From NCBI GenBank assembly GCA_965644495.1, contig CBFFSA010000009.1, positions 372,001-436,000 on the forward strand: DNA of 64,000 nt, in the 5' to 3' direction. This DNA comes from Perkinsela sp. CCAP 1560/9. Its lineage: Eukaryota; Protista; Euglenozoa: Kinetoplastea. The translations under genes and the position numbers were made by a program. Every line of letters begins with the position of its first letter. The stretch's first letter is position 1. The notes under the pieces were generated by a model that was not told the origin of the DNA, made no database searches, and worked only from the letters and a program-made list of their open reading frames with translations. Shown here piece after piece: positions 31,264-42,463 of the stretch.

Positions 31264-33351
31264 TCACGTATCTACCTGTGATTCGGAGCGAACTAACCCT
31301 TTACTGTGTTTCCCTGCATCCTCTATAGCCGACCTATCGTTTTTGTTACTTCCACAATCAGCTTCGGAATATGATATCCCTTCTGCCTGCAATGGGGCCG
31401 TCCCAGCTTCCAAGCCCTCCTGAGGGCTACGGGCTTCCTCCGGACCCGGACAGGCAGCTTGGCAGGGCATGGGCAAATGCGTATTTGCCAGCAATGGGGG
31501 ATCTCCCATGCTATGAGCCCCGGTGCCGCCTAAAGTGCCGTATAAACTCAGTCGACTGGAGTGTTTGCGTAGCGGAGGAATTTCGGGATTTGAAAATCGC
31601 ATGCCGCTGCGCAAGTCTGAGGGGTCAAATGAAGCATCCATGTCCGTATCTAAGACATGAGGTAAAAAAGGGTTCGGCAACAAAGGTCCTGGGTTCTTCT
31701 CATGCGGGTACGGATTGCTCTCACCTTCGCCTCCACATCTTCCGTTTCCCAAAGGTATGCCTCCGTTGTTGTATGAGGACAACCCCGTCATAGCCCCAGG
31801 AACCGAGCGGCTTTGTCCCTCACGATTTTCCATAAAATCATTTCTGAAATCTGAATTCGCTTGCCCCCCACCCTCTTCTCTTCTCCCTACTCGCTGTTTC
31901 GACACTCTACGCACGGGTTGCCTGTTTTCTCCACTCTTTTCCTCTGTTTTTTTGTCTCCTCTTGTCAGTTTGCTTCCTTTTTGTTCCTTTTCTTCTTCTT
32001 CTTGTTCCTTTTTTTGTTCCTCGCTTGCCCTCTTCTCGACTTCCCATTTCTCCGCCGCGAGTCCGGCAAAATCCAAATACTCCTCTGCGCGCTCAAAACC
32101 AACCTCCCCCATTTCTTTCCTCAGCAGCCCGCGAAGCTGGGCGTACCGAAGCACCTCCACTCTCGGGTGGTCCAGCAGAAATCGGAGGTACACGCTGGTG
32201 GCCATCCCCACGTGGTAACAAAGCACTTTCGTGAGATTACAGGCCCAGTGGGCGCACAGAAGCTCAAGCGCTCGCGTCCACAGCGCAGGGAGAGAGGAAA
32301 GGGCGTTTAGGGAACACCCGTTCCGGATTTCTCTTTTAGAGTACCCCGTGGACGCTTGAGAAATTTCTCTTTTTGAGATTCCTTTGTCTTCTTCAGGAAA
32401 TTCTGTTTTTGAGATTCCTTTATGTTCCTGAGAAATTTCTCTTTTTGAGATTCCTTTGTCTTCTTGAGGGATTTCTCTTTTTGACATTCCTTTGTCTTCT
32501 TGAGAAATTCCTCTTTTTGAAATTCCTATGTAATCTCGAGGAATTTCTGTTTTTCTGTTGGTAGAAGATATTTCATCTTGTCTTCTTCGTGGCTTGCTGC
32601 TTTGGTTTACATCCGAGTGTTCCAAACCGTTCACCTCCTGTGTCGAGAAAACACATGGTTGCGACTCACCCGAACAGGATGTAATGGTGTGGGTCGCTGT
32701 ACTCACTTTTCCTTTGTGAGGCTTTGTTTGTTGCGCAGAAGAAGAAGAAGGAGAAGATGAGGATGAAACTCCCCAAAGATGCCGCCATGTTACGTGACTC
32801 ATATCGACCAGCAAGACGAAATCGGTTGCGGGGTACAGCGCATCCAGGACGTGTACGGCGGACTGCAAAGCATGCAATTCACATAGACTCTCACAAACGT
32901 TACGGCTGCCGTTGTCTTTGTTCGGGACGTATTGAATCACTTGGGCTCCGTTCCGAAACGTACACCCCAGCCAAGGAAGGAAACAGGAAGAAACAAAGGG
33001 GGTACATCTGATCTCAGGGTGCGGTGAATAAGTGTGCGGCAGGTTAAAATTTTCCGGTTCATCGTTCTGTTTTTCATCGGTATTAAGCTTCTCAGCGTGC
33101 AACTTCACTTTGACGTGTGAAATGTTTTCTAAAGTTGAGACCTCAGCGGCAAAGAGTCGTGCCATCTCGGTAAGGCGTGCTAATGCCTGTCGCGGCTCCA
33201 TACCGGAGACGAAACGAAATTTGGCGCGAACAAAGCGCTTCAGCTGGGTATCGGTGAGGGGGTGGGTGAGACCCATACTTCGGTGTGCGTACGTCGAATC
33301 GTCCGTAGGGAAGCGTTCCCGAAGTCCCGCAAACAAACTATTCTCGTCCAT
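31264..33351 (-). CDS. Divergent Sec14/CRAL-TRIO-like protein with repeat insertion
   Basis: TDTQLKRFVRAKF (CRAL_TRIO_N-like), FVLLVDMSHVTWRHL and LLCAHWACNLTKVLCYH resemble the Sec14 core; first ATG at 33351. Confidence 0.6.
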   Translation of the reverse strand: MDENSLFAGLRERFPTDDSTYAHRSMGLTHPLTDTQLKRFVRAKFRFVSGMEPRQALARLTEMARLFAAEVSTLENISHVKVKLHAEKLNTDEKQNDEPENFNLPHTYSPHPEIRCTPFVSSCFLPWLGCTFRNGAQVIQYVPNKDNGSRNVCESLCELHALQSAVHVLDALYPATDFVLLVDMSHVTWRHLWGVSSSSSPSSSSAQQTKPHKGKVSTATHTITSCSGESQPCVFSTQEVNGLEHSDVNQSSKPRRRQDEISSTNRKTEIPRDYIGISKRGISQEDKGMSKREIPQEDKGISKREISQEHKGISKTEFPEEDKGISKREISQASTGYSKREIRNGCSLNALSSLPALWTRALELLCAHWACNLTKVLCYHVGMATSVYLRFLLDHPRVEVLRYAQLRGLLRKEMGEVGFERAEEYLDFAGLAAEKWEVEKRASEEQKKEQEEEEKEQKGSKLTRGDKKTEEKSGENRQPVRRVSKQRVGRREEGGGQANSDFRNDFMENREGQSRSVPGAMTGLSSYNNGGIPLGNGRCGGEGESNPYPHEKNPGPLLPNPFLPHVLDTDMDASFDPSDLRSGMRFSNPEIPPLRKHSSRLSLYGTLGGTGAHSMGDPPLLANTHLPMPCQAACPGPEEARSPQEGLEAGTAPLQAEGISYSEADCGSNKNDRSAIEDAGKHSKGLVRSESQVDT
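32335..32550. repeat. Coding 36-bp tandem repeat (ISKREISQEDKG, ~6 units)
   Basis: Visible in the translation of the 31264-33351 ORF. Confidence 0.85.
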
Positions 33352-33709
33352 GAAAAGAAAATTTCTAGATAAGCGATGATTTTCAGATAAACGAAGATTT
33401 TTAAGATAAGCAATGTAGTGGATGAGGGGTCTAGTAAAGTATCTGAATGTACAGAGTGTCACAGAATGTACGCAGAATGAATGTACATAGTGTCATAGAA
33501 AGTACAAGTGTCAAAAAATTTGGACCGAATGTTATTTTCAATATGATTTAATATAGATTTTAATATGATTCGTAACACGTTTGAAGTCTGCAGCTGCTAC
33601 ATTTCTTTTCCACGTTTGCCGGAAAAACTATGTAAACATAAACCCAAAGAAACCCAAAGAATTATAAACCCAAAGAAATCTTTTTTGGAAGGTAGATTTG
33701 AATTGAACA

Positions 33710-34399
33710 TTAATCTTCTGAATTACGATGCCCGATGTGAACTCCATTTACGTTCAAGCGGTTTTTGCCTCTTAATCTAATCACAGTTGCGGAGTCCGGG
33801 ACCTCGCTGACATCTACAGTACCTTCAAAATCATTATCCGACAAGTAGATCTCCTTTATGGTTTCCGGAAGGCCTCGCAACGAGACGGTACCAGAGAAAT
33901 GGTTTTGATTTAGCCACAACCAAAGCAAACCTTGGGGCAAATGCTGCAGGTCGACAGGACCGTAGAACTCGTTCAAATTCAAACATAGCTTTGTGAGTGC
34001 AGATGGGAGCGTCGTGAGATCGACCTCCCCAGTAAACTGGTTGCGATTAAGCCACAGATAGCTCACTGTGGAAGGGAGTTCTGCACTCTGCAGCGTACCT
34101 CCGAGTTTGTTACGATGTAGTTTAACGAAATGCACATCCTCCGGAAGGAAGCTCCATGTGAGATTCCCCGATAATTGGAGATTCATCCATTCGAGGGCAA
34201 TACCATCCTCACTCATTTGTCTAACACGAAACCACTTGGCGATCGGATTTCTATCGGTCCACGTTGCATGGGTATTCTGCACGTGCTGCAGAAAAAAGAC
34301 GAGCTTTGTCTCGGCGTTCATACATGAGGCATGTACTTTTCCTAGTCGGGTCGCTGGTCGTCGTGGTTGCGCATCGTCTGCACTGGGTAGGGTAAGCAT
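33710..34399 (-). CDS. LRR family protein (6 LRR; cap cysteines lost)
   Basis: MLTLPSADD...TRLGKV leader; PIAKWFRVRQ replaces ACxWxGVxC; regular 23-aa LRRs. Confidence 0.9.
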   Translation of the reverse strand: MLTLPSADDAQPRRPATRLGKVHASCMNAETKLVFFLQHVQNTHATWTDRNPIAKWFRVRQMSEDGIALEWMNLQLSGNLTWSFLPEDVHFVKLHRNKLGGTLQSAELPSTVSYLWLNRNQFTGEVDLTTLPSALTKLCLNLNEFYGPVDLQHLPQGLLWLWLNQNHFSGTVSLRGLPETIKEIYLSDNDFEGTVDVSEVPDSATVIRLRGKNRLNVNGVHIGHRNSED

Positions 34400-35115
34400 T
34401 CTACGAACACAATTTCAGTATTGAATTGTACTAAATTAAAGTAAAGAAACCTAAATGGACTAAATTAAGTTGCTGATCGTTCTACAATGGCGTCCTATGG
34501 CGAGGGCCCTGAGCGTTAGTGGGAAGCAATTTGCGAACCGGGAGGGGGGGTATACGAGGGCCCGCGTGAGGGGGCCTGAGCCATACGCGTCGTCGTTAGT
34601 GGGAAGCAATTTGCGAAACCCCGTTTACCAACAGCCACCGCTTTTTGACAACTGCTTCCTCCGTGCTTCCTCCGATTAGTATTATGTATGAACGTTCCAG
34701 GATTAAAATGACAGCATCAGTATTATCAAACATTCTAAGAAACACCGCCGTGTCGCGATAAGTGACCTGAAATTCCGAACTAAACCCGCGCAAAGGGGTA
34801 GCCGGGATCTTAGTGCGCATTTTCAGGCCCCCTACCCGGGGGTGACCCCTCTGGTATCTGCAGGACGAGTCCACCAAGTTCGGAATATTTCGGAAATTGG
34901 TTCTTTGAAAAAGAATTTAACGTGGCGGAAAAATAGGAAAGCAATTTCCGCACTGTCGTCTGTGCGCGTTTTCATGTTCCATTCCCCACTCTTTCTTCAA
35001 CACAAACCCATAAAAAACGAAATCCATACAGTGTGACAAGTGAAATTCATTTAAATTAAATGAATTTACAATTAAATTTACAATAAAAATTACAATTAAA
35101 TTAATTGTAGTATTA

Positions 35116-35445
35116 TCGTATACCCCCCAGTAATAGAATCGATTTTGGACCGAAATGACCAAATCTCTGTTACTGGGGGGGTATGCTTTTTTGGTGAGAA
35201 AAGACCTTTTTTGTTCATGGGTGCACTGAGGGGGGTACGCTCTTTTGGTGGGAAAAGAACATTTTTGTTCATGGGTGCATTGATTCGCTCCCGCGCAACC
35301 ACCCTCACCCAGCCCAGCGACCCCCACCCGCTCAAACACCCCCCCTCCAACCACCCTCCCGAACCAAATCTCTGTTACTGGGGGTCAGCCCAAAAATGGC
35401 CAAATCTCTGTTACTGGGGGGGGTCTATTACTGGGGGGTATACGG
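35116..35445. mobile_element. TA-flanked MITE with CCCCCCAGTAA terminal/subterminal repeats
   Basis: TA|TCGTATACCCCCCAGTAATAGA ... TCTATTACTGGGGGGTATACGG|TA; related ends at ~23270 and ~57110-57190. Confidence 0.85.
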
Positions 35446-36724
35446 TAGTCGATCATTCTACAAAAGTAAAGATTAATCGTTCAGTCGAAAGGTGGTGAAT
35501 GCTTGTTACATCAAAAGTCTCAGATCATGATAACATAGTATCCATCATGAAGGAATTGTCTCACCAATGCCTCGCCATTGAGAGTTTTAGTACAATGTAT
35601 TCTTCACGCTCTAAAAAATATTTTGGAACAGCATTAAAAATTATAAAATGATATAATTATATTGCTCCCATTTGACACGCACTCCCTTTATCATTCCTTG
35701 TTTGTCCGCCACAAGGGGTTTATAGCGGGAAAGCGTCCCAGAGGAACGCACCAATCAAATTAAGATTCTCTCAATCAATAGACACTTTGCTAGCGTAATT
35801 TGCCTTTTACTCCGTTCCATTCCTCGGGTGGGTTGGCCTCATTCCAGCTGGGGTGTTTGTCTGCGATGAAATTAACTAATTGCGCTAAAAGGAATTCATG
35901 TGGTATATGGGGGTCCCGGAAATGTAGAGGGATCAAGATTCGCCAAACTTTGTTAGATAGGAGCACCGCATTCGAGAGCTCTCGCAGTGTTACGTGTCAT
36001 ATGCTATTGTGTACGACAAATGACCCGAAATGCTGGGTGTTTCCCAGATTAAATATCCCAGAAGATTCATTCCGGCCCAATCAAGTAAAGAGACTTAAAT
36101 GCACTTGACTCCTTGCCAAAGATCTGGCGGGTTGGATTCCTTCCAGGTGGGACGGAGCCGCTCAATGGTGACCCTTCTAACGAATCGATCTAAGTGAATT
36201 TCATGCGGCAGATTCGTACTACATACCTTCCGCGGAGAAGAGCGTGTCGCGTTCTTTTCATAAAAATCTACACGTATGAATAGAGCACGTAGAAAAGAAT
36301 GTGAAGTTGAACAAGAGTTTCAGTAAGTACAGTAAGTAAAATCAAAAAGTACAGCAAGTACAGTAAGTAAAATAGGCGTTTCTAGAAGTGAAAAGAGTAA
36401 ATCTTTAAGATTTTTTTATCGTGCGACAACACTAATGAATAGAGAATTGCATGTAGACAGGCGCGTGCATGAAACGACTTTTTCTCAAACCTTGGTGGAA
36501 TCTTGCTTTTACACACACCCGTGTCATGCATGCATGCATGCATGTACGTATAATCTACACGTGCGACGCGTTACAAGGAAACCCTTGACCCATAAAGTAA
36601 CTTTTCTGCACTCCAGTGCCTTCCTTCGGAGGCATTTCTAAGAAGTTTCTTCAGTCTTCCTCATTCCTCCCCGCAGTCCCCTCTTTTTACCCCTTTCTCC
36701 CCCCTTCCCTCCCCCCCCTTCCCC

Positions 36725-39700
36725 TCACATCTCCCCCACCCTCACCCTCGGCCATATACTCATCGCCATCAACTCCTGAAACAGCAACTTACACGCGTAC
36801 GGCATCATCACCCCCACCACCCGATTCACCACCCCACAGGCCCGACAGCTGTACACCACCCCCCTCCCCCCTCCCCCCCCCGTCCCCCCCTCCACCCGCA
36901 CACTCTCCGGCGACACCATCCCACACCCCTCACACACCAGCACCCGGTAGTGGTCACTCACGTGGAACAGCCGCTCCTTCAGCCACCCACTCGCCCCGTG
37001 CGCAATCATGCAGTCCCGTTCCATCTCCCCGAACCGCAGCCCCCCGAGTGCGGCTCTCCCCTCCGGGGGCTGCCGGGTTAAGGCCATTAACCGTCCCCGG
37101 GCTCTTGCATGGATTTTATCCATCGCAATATGTTTTAACCGTTGGTAGTAGGTGGGACCGAAGAAGATTAACGCTTCTAACGGGAGCCCGGTGTGTCCGT
37201 TATAGAGCCGCTCCTGACCCCATTTTTGGTACCCCAGCTCGTGGAGCTTTTTGGCCACGTCCTGGACTACGGTGGGGACGAAGGCGGTGGCCTCGATTTC
37301 GTGACCCGTGGCTGCGCCCACTTTCCCGGATAAGGTCTCGATTAAGTGCGCCACGGTCATCCGGGACGGGATGGCATGGGGGTTCATAATAATATCGGGG
37401 GTGAGACCCGAGGCGGTGAAGGGCATGTCCTCGGGCCGGGTGGTGATCCCGATCGTGCCCTTCTGGCCGTGGCGGGAGCAGAACTTGTCCCCGACATTGG
37501 GGACACGGGGGGCACGGGTTTTGATTTTGTAGAGACGGTGGGGGCCAGCCAGCGGGGAGGTGGTCTCGGTGAGGAGAACGGCATCGATGGTGCCGTGTTC
37601 GGTGATCTTGGGGGCGGTGCTGTTGTCTTTTTTGGGGAAGGCGGCGGAGGGGTTTTCCATGGGGTTCTCGGGGTTGGGTTCGGTTTTACCAAAGATGGCG
37701 TCGTTGCCGGTGACGACACTCCCGGGAATCGCGAGACCGTCGGTGTCAAGCAGGTTGTAGTTGAGATTGCGACGGAGACGGGCGGAGGTTTTGTCGGGTT
37801 TTTCGTAGGTCTCGTGGGAGCCGGGTTCGTCTTCGTAGACTTGGTAGCGTACGCTGCGGAAGAAGCCGCGGTCGATGGCGGCTTGGTTCATCACGACGGA
37901 GTCCTCCTGGTTGTACCCGCTGTAGCACATGATGGCAACAATGGCGTTGTGGCCCGCGGGGAGGTCGTTGCTGTGCATGTAGCTCATGGCCTGGGTGCGG
38001 CAGAGTGGTTTTTGGGGGTAGTAGAGGACGTGGGCGGTGGTGTCGAAGCGGAGATTGTAGTTGGAGGCGTAAATGCCCATGGCTTGTTTCCCCATGGCGC
38101 TTTGGTAGGTGTTTCGTGTGCCGGGGTTGTGGTCGGCAAAGGGAATAATGGAGGCGCAGATCCCGAGGATTAAACTGGGGTGAATCTCGCAGTGGGTGTA
38201 GGCGTTCTTCGCGAGCTCTGTGCGGGACATGGCGATCAGCGCGGTGTCCTCCTCCTCGACGTCTAGAAAGTCAATGTAGGGGCCCTGGAGGAGAAGTGAC
38301 CACAGGGAGTTTCCGGGGCTCCGCGCGGCAACCTGTTTGCACCGCTCCAAGGCGTGTCGCGTTAGGCTCACCTCATGGTTGTGGACGACAAAAACGGGGC
38401 GCACGGGACGGCCCGCATCGGTGCAAATACGCAGCTCCTTGTCTCGGATGTCGTGGACAATACTGAGGTAGTCCCCGCTGGCGTTCAGGGAGCTGGCGGC
38501 AGCGTGGGCCAGAGTGGTTTGATGAGGAGATCTTCCGGCTTGAAACCCACGCCCCGGTTCCCACGCGCTCTCTTGGATTCCCGACAACACGCGCGGAGCT
38601 GCGGTCAGGGCTCGGCTCTCTCTTCGCACCCGTTTCATCTTCTCTACAAGAGGAAACACGTCGTGGTGGGTACCAATCCAGCGCCCGTTAACAAACACAC
38701 GAAACCCCTCCTCGGAGTGGCTCATATTGAGCTCCTCGAGGGGCTCTACCCCCGCTTGCTCGAGCCAACGAATCACGCCTTGGGGGTCTGCCGCCCCTAC
38801 GCTACATAGACTCAACAACGCGAGGTTTTTCACCAGCCCACATTGCCCCCCTTCCGGGGTCTCGGCTGGACACAGCATCCCCCAGTGGGTACAATGCAAC
38901 ATACGGGGTTTGGTTTGCTTACTACTCGTGTCAATTGGCGTGTTAAGTCGTCGAAGATGAGATAGCGCAGAGGAGTAGGTCAAACGATTGAGCACTTGCG
39001 CGACTCCGGTTTTGCTCCCCTCGAGTTGTCCTTTGACACCCCAGTTTCCTGTGGCTAAGGCGTAGGCCAAGTTCGCGGTGACGGCATTCGCTACGCAGCG
39101 CTCAAAAGCATCCCGCAGATTCAGCTGAGCTCGCTTTTTCAGTTCCCGGTCCAGAAACGGTTTCAAACTTTTTTGCATCGCATGGGAGAGCACTGCACTT
39201 AGCAATTGCCCCAGCAACGCGCCCGCAGTGTCGATACGTTTGTTGCCGTAAAAATCACGATCATCTTGTTCCCGTCTTCCAAGCGCGACGAGTAACAGTT
39301 TATGAGCAATATACCCGAGGTAGTACGACTTCCCGCGCTCACATCCAGGCTCTACCCCCATGTGCGGTAGAAACGTGGATTGGAGGAATTGCCGCCCTAC
39401 CGCTTCCTGTTCCGCAGCCGGTCTCGTGGCTAAATCCGGGCGATACCGAAGCGCAATAAAGCGAACCGCCTGGGACGCACTCGGCAAATCTTTCGCCTCC
39501 TCGACGCTGGGCTGCAGTTTCTCCAACATTTCAAAATCTTCCAGGTTGTACGCGCAAAGTGTCATCCCCTCCTTATCACTTCCACACCCGAGGGCACGCA
39601 TCAGCACAAAAAGAGGAATATCTTCGGCCAGCGCTTTATGAAAAACCCGCAATGTGCCAATTTCCGCCATCAGCTTTAATTTCACCGTACTCGGGGCGCG

Positions 39701-40543
39701 ATACGACCCTTCCATTGCACTTCGTATCTCCGCCATATGCGAAACCGTGTCCAATTTCCCCCGTGCGAAAACCATCACATGGTTACTCGCCTGTCGTTCC
39801 TGGGCGACCATGACCTTCTCGGTCCCCTTCACGACAAAATACCCCCCCTGGTCATGGAGGCACTCCCTGGCCCATGGCATTTCACGCTCCGTGACTTTGG
39901 CTAAATTACACCACTGTGATTTCAACATCACCGGGACGCGACCGATATCGATTTTCGCATGCAAATGATCCGACAGTAACACAAACTCACTGTCGGGGGA
40001 TTGTTGTGAAAAGCGTCGGACCCGGACATCGGCCATGATGGCCCCTGCGTAGGTCAGCCGACGCAGCCGACAATCCTGCGGGTACAGCAGCCGGGCCTCC
40101 TCCCCGCCCAACGGTAATGCGGTCTCATCTTGCGGCACGGCTCGGGTTAAATCTTTTAACTCGATGGAAACAAATTCGCGACAAAAACTGGAGGGGTCTT
40201 CGCCGGGGTGATTCGCGTTGGTGAGTTCGATTTCAATCGGTCGGGTCTCGCGCAAAATCCGGGGGAGCCCGACGAGCATGAAATGGTTGAAGCTGTCGAG
40301 CTGGGAGGACACGAGGCCTTTCTCGGTGAAGAACGCGGTGACGACCTCCCAGAGCTGTTCCGGGGAGAGGTGGGAGGGGGTGGGGGGGAGGGTGGAGGGG
40401 GGAGCGGGGGAGGCGGGGGAGAAGGGGTCCTCCGGATGGGGGGTTGCGGCTTGGGAGGAGGAGGAGGTGGAGGAGAGCTCGGCGTCGTCGAGACTGAGCT
40501 CGTCGATGGCTTCAAGGGTGTCGATTTCGTCAGGAGCGGACAT
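36725..40543 (-). CDS. RPB2: RNA polymerase II second-largest subunit
   Basis: QLDSFNHF, CPAETPEG..CGLVKNL, GYNQEDS, GDKFCSRHGQKG, NPHAIPSRMTVAHLIE, GLRFGEMERDCMIAHGA, C4 zinc ribbon, PYACKLLFQELMAM. Confidence 0.97.
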   Translation of the reverse strand: MSAPDEIDTLEAIDELSLDDAELSSTSSSSQAATPHPEDPFSPASPAPPSTLPPTPSHLSPEQLWEVVTAFFTEKGLVSSQLDSFNHFMLVGLPRILRETRPIEIELTNANHPGEDPSSFCREFVSIELKDLTRAVPQDETALPLGGEEARLLYPQDCRLRRLTYAGAIMADVRVRRFSQQSPDSEFVLLSDHLHAKIDIGRVPVMLKSQWCNLAKVTEREMPWARECLHDQGGYFVVKGTEKVMVAQERQASNHVMVFARGKLDTVSHMAEIRSAMEGSYRAPSTVKLKLMAEIGTLRVFHKALAEDIPLFVLMRALGCGSDKEGMTLCAYNLEDFEMLEKLQPSVEEAKDLPSASQAVRFIALRYRPDLATRPAAEQEAVGRQFLQSTFLPHMGVEPGCERGKSYYLGYIAHKLLLVALGRREQDDRDFYGNKRIDTAGALLGQLLSAVLSHAMQKSLKPFLDRELKKRAQLNLRDAFERCVANAVTANLAYALATGNWGVKGQLEGSKTGVAQVLNRLTYSSALSHLRRLNTPIDTSSKQTKPRMLHCTHWGMLCPAETPEGGQCGLVKNLALLSLCSVGAADPQGVIRWLEQAGVEPLEELNMSHSEEGFRVFVNGRWIGTHHDVFPLVEKMKRVRRESRALTAAPRVLSGIQESAWEPGRGFQAGRSPHQTTLAHAAASSLNASGDYLSIVHDIRDKELRICTDAGRPVRPVFVVHNHEVSLTRHALERCKQVAARSPGNSLWSLLLQGPYIDFLDVEEEDTALIAMSRTELAKNAYTHCEIHPSLILGICASIIPFADHNPGTRNTYQSAMGKQAMGIYASNYNLRFDTTAHVLYYPQKPLCRTQAMSYMHSNDLPAGHNAIVAIMCYSGYNQEDSVVMNQAAIDRGFFRSVRYQVYEDEPGSHETYEKPDKTSARLRRNLNYNLLDTDGLAIPGSVVTGNDAIFGKTEPNPENPMENPSAAFPKKDNSTAPKITEHGTIDAVLLTETTSPLAGPHRLYKIKTRAPRVPNVGDKFCSRHGQKGTIGITTRPEDMPFTASGLTPDIIMNPHAIPSRMTVAHLIETLSGKVGAATGHEIEATAFVPTVVQDVAKKLHELGYQKWGQERLYNGHTGLPLEALIFFGPTYYQRLKHIAMDKIHARARGRLMALTRQPPEGRAALGGLRFGEMERDCMIAHGASGWLKERLFHVSDHYRVLVCEGCGMVSPESVRVEGGTGGGGGRGVVYSCRACGVVNRVVGVMMPYACKLLFQELMAMSIWPRVRVGEM

Positions 40544-40945
40544 GGGGGTGGATGGGGTGTTGTATGGAATAGTAAAGTGTCTAGGGGTGAGGAATGTGGT
40601 GGGTTTTCGACTTACAATTCATACTTCATAGGTTTGGAGAAAAGTGATTAGGGTTATCATAAAGGTGCAAATTTCCCCGTAGAAAACTTGACGTTTCCAG
40701 TGCTTTGGTTCTAAAAAACCCATGAATTATGTATTGGAACGTGAAAAACGTTCGCCAATTTTATGAACAGCAAAGTAAGGAAAGGTTGGAAAGTAGCTGA
40801 GGGTGACTTTTTAAATATCCAAAAACGTGAGAAAGCGCAAATATATAGAGCCTGAGTGATCATACGAAATTCAGAGCAATCTAGGTAACCTGGTTTCTAA
40901 GAATACAGTGTAGAAATGTATACAGCGACTTTACAAGCGCACCGT

Positions 40946-42463
40946 CTACTCCTTGTGCTTCCGATGTTTCTTCTTATGCTTGTCTTTGTCCCTGTGCTTG
41001 TCTTTCCTGTGCTTCTTGTCCTTGTGTTTTCGCTTCTCCTTTTTATGATTCTTTCTGTCACTCTTCTCCTTTTTCGATATCTCCTTGCGCTTCCTCTTCC
41101 GCTCTTTGCGCTCTGCCTCACTCTCCGAGTCTGAAGAACCCTCACTCCCCTCACTCTCCGACTCACTGGAGTTTGCAAAATCCCCGGAGCTTACATCACT
41201 GTCCTCGGTTTCCTCCTCCTCCTCACTGTCGGTTTCCTCCTCCCCTTCCTCATCGGTGATCAACCCCACGCCCCTTGCTTTCATCCACGCCATCACCCCA
41301 GAACCCTCAGCCTTATCGATGGCCCCAAACATCAATTTTTCACCCCGGTTCGTGACCAGCGTCACCGAAAAAGTTCGATTCAACGCCCCCCCGCCCAACC
41401 CCTCCACCTTCCCCTCCTTGATTTCCTCATACCGCACATACACCGCGGGGCGATGCAAAAACAGCAGCGATTTGTCCAACAAGTAGACAAACCCGGTCTG
41501 GCCCTTATGTACGGCCCGGACCGCGGGACAGTGACTTGCATTCCCCCCCGCTGCCCTCGGGCGAAACAAACTTTGTCCCAAAATCTTTTTTTGGGTCAGC
41601 CCTTTGAGCAGTTTCGCCACCACCTCATTCCGTGGCCCGCTCATCACGGGGGCCAACATCCCGGAGGAGGCGGGAAAGTGTTGTTGAATTTGTGAGGGGG
41701 TCAAATTCACTGTTTGTGCGGTTGTGGAGGTCTTGGGTTGTGAGCCCTGGGCCTCCCCCCCCTCCCCCTCCCCCTCCCCACACACCTCCTCCTCATCAAA
41801 CACAAACACCAGCAGTTTGTGTGCGGAGGCCCCGATGCGAATCGGGGAGGAGAGCGCCAGTATAAAGTACTTGCGCCCCCCGAGGGGGTGGGGGAGGAGA
41901 AACATACACTGGAGGGTGTGGATCGGGATCCCGTAGGTTTGGTTCTTTTTGGACTCCCGGAGCTGGAGAAGCGTAGGGGTTAGCGTCATGGAGAACACAG
42001 CGCTGGGGGCCGCGCAGGTGAGATCGGGGAGGGTCGCGAGAACGGGGGGGAGGGGGGAGGGGTCGTCGGGGGCGACATTGGAGCCTTCTACCGTGTCGGG
42101 AGGGGGAAGGGGAAGCGTGTGGGTAAGTAAATGTCCTTGAACGAGCTGGGTGAGGGTTTTGGCCCCATCCTTGTCGTCGGGATCGAGTCCTAAGGGTTTT
42201 GGGGGGATAGAGAGGCGAATTTCGTGGGGTTGGGCCTCGAAACGGGGTGCGTCGGAAGGGGTGGGGGATTCGGGGGAAGTGGCGGATTCGGAGGTTGCGG
42301 ATCCGAGTTGGAAGGTGACGTCGGTTTTGCTTTGCGTGCAGGAGAGAACCCGGGAGAAGGGGATTTGGAGTAAGGCGTGTTGGTCGTGCGCGTTCAACCG
42401 CACCGCGTGGTCGCCCAGTGAGATCTCACCCCAGGATTGACAGGAGAGTGAAGGGGTTGACAT
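40946..42463 (-). CDS. SSRP1: FACT complex subunit SSRP1/POB3-like
   Basis: MFLLPHP..YFILALSSPIRIG, AVRAVHKGQTGFVYLLDKSLLFLHRP..VRYEEI, RTFSV motifs; acidic tract then basic tail; no HMG box. Confidence 0.88.
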   Translation of the reverse strand: MSTPSLSCQSWGEISLGDHAVRLNAHDQHALLQIPFSRVLSCTQSKTDVTFQLGSATSESATSPESPTPSDAPRFEAQPHEIRLSIPPKPLGLDPDDKDGAKTLTQLVQGHLLTHTLPLPPPDTVEGSNVAPDDPSPLPPVLATLPDLTCAAPSAVFSMTLTPTLLQLRESKKNQTYGIPIHTLQCMFLLPHPLGGRKYFILALSSPIRIGASAHKLLVFVFDEEEVCGEGEGEGGEAQGSQPKTSTTAQTVNLTPSQIQQHFPASSGMLAPVMSGPRNEVVAKLLKGLTQKKILGQSLFRPRAAGGNASHCPAVRAVHKGQTGFVYLLDKSLLFLHRPAVYVRYEEIKEGKVEGLGGGALNRTFSVTLVTNRGEKLMFGAIDKAEGSGVMAWMKARGVGLITDEEGEEETDSEEEEETEDSDVSSGDFANSSESESEGSEGSSDSESEAERKERKRKRKEISKKEKSDRKNHKKEKRKHKDKKHRKDKHRDKDKHKKKHRKHKE

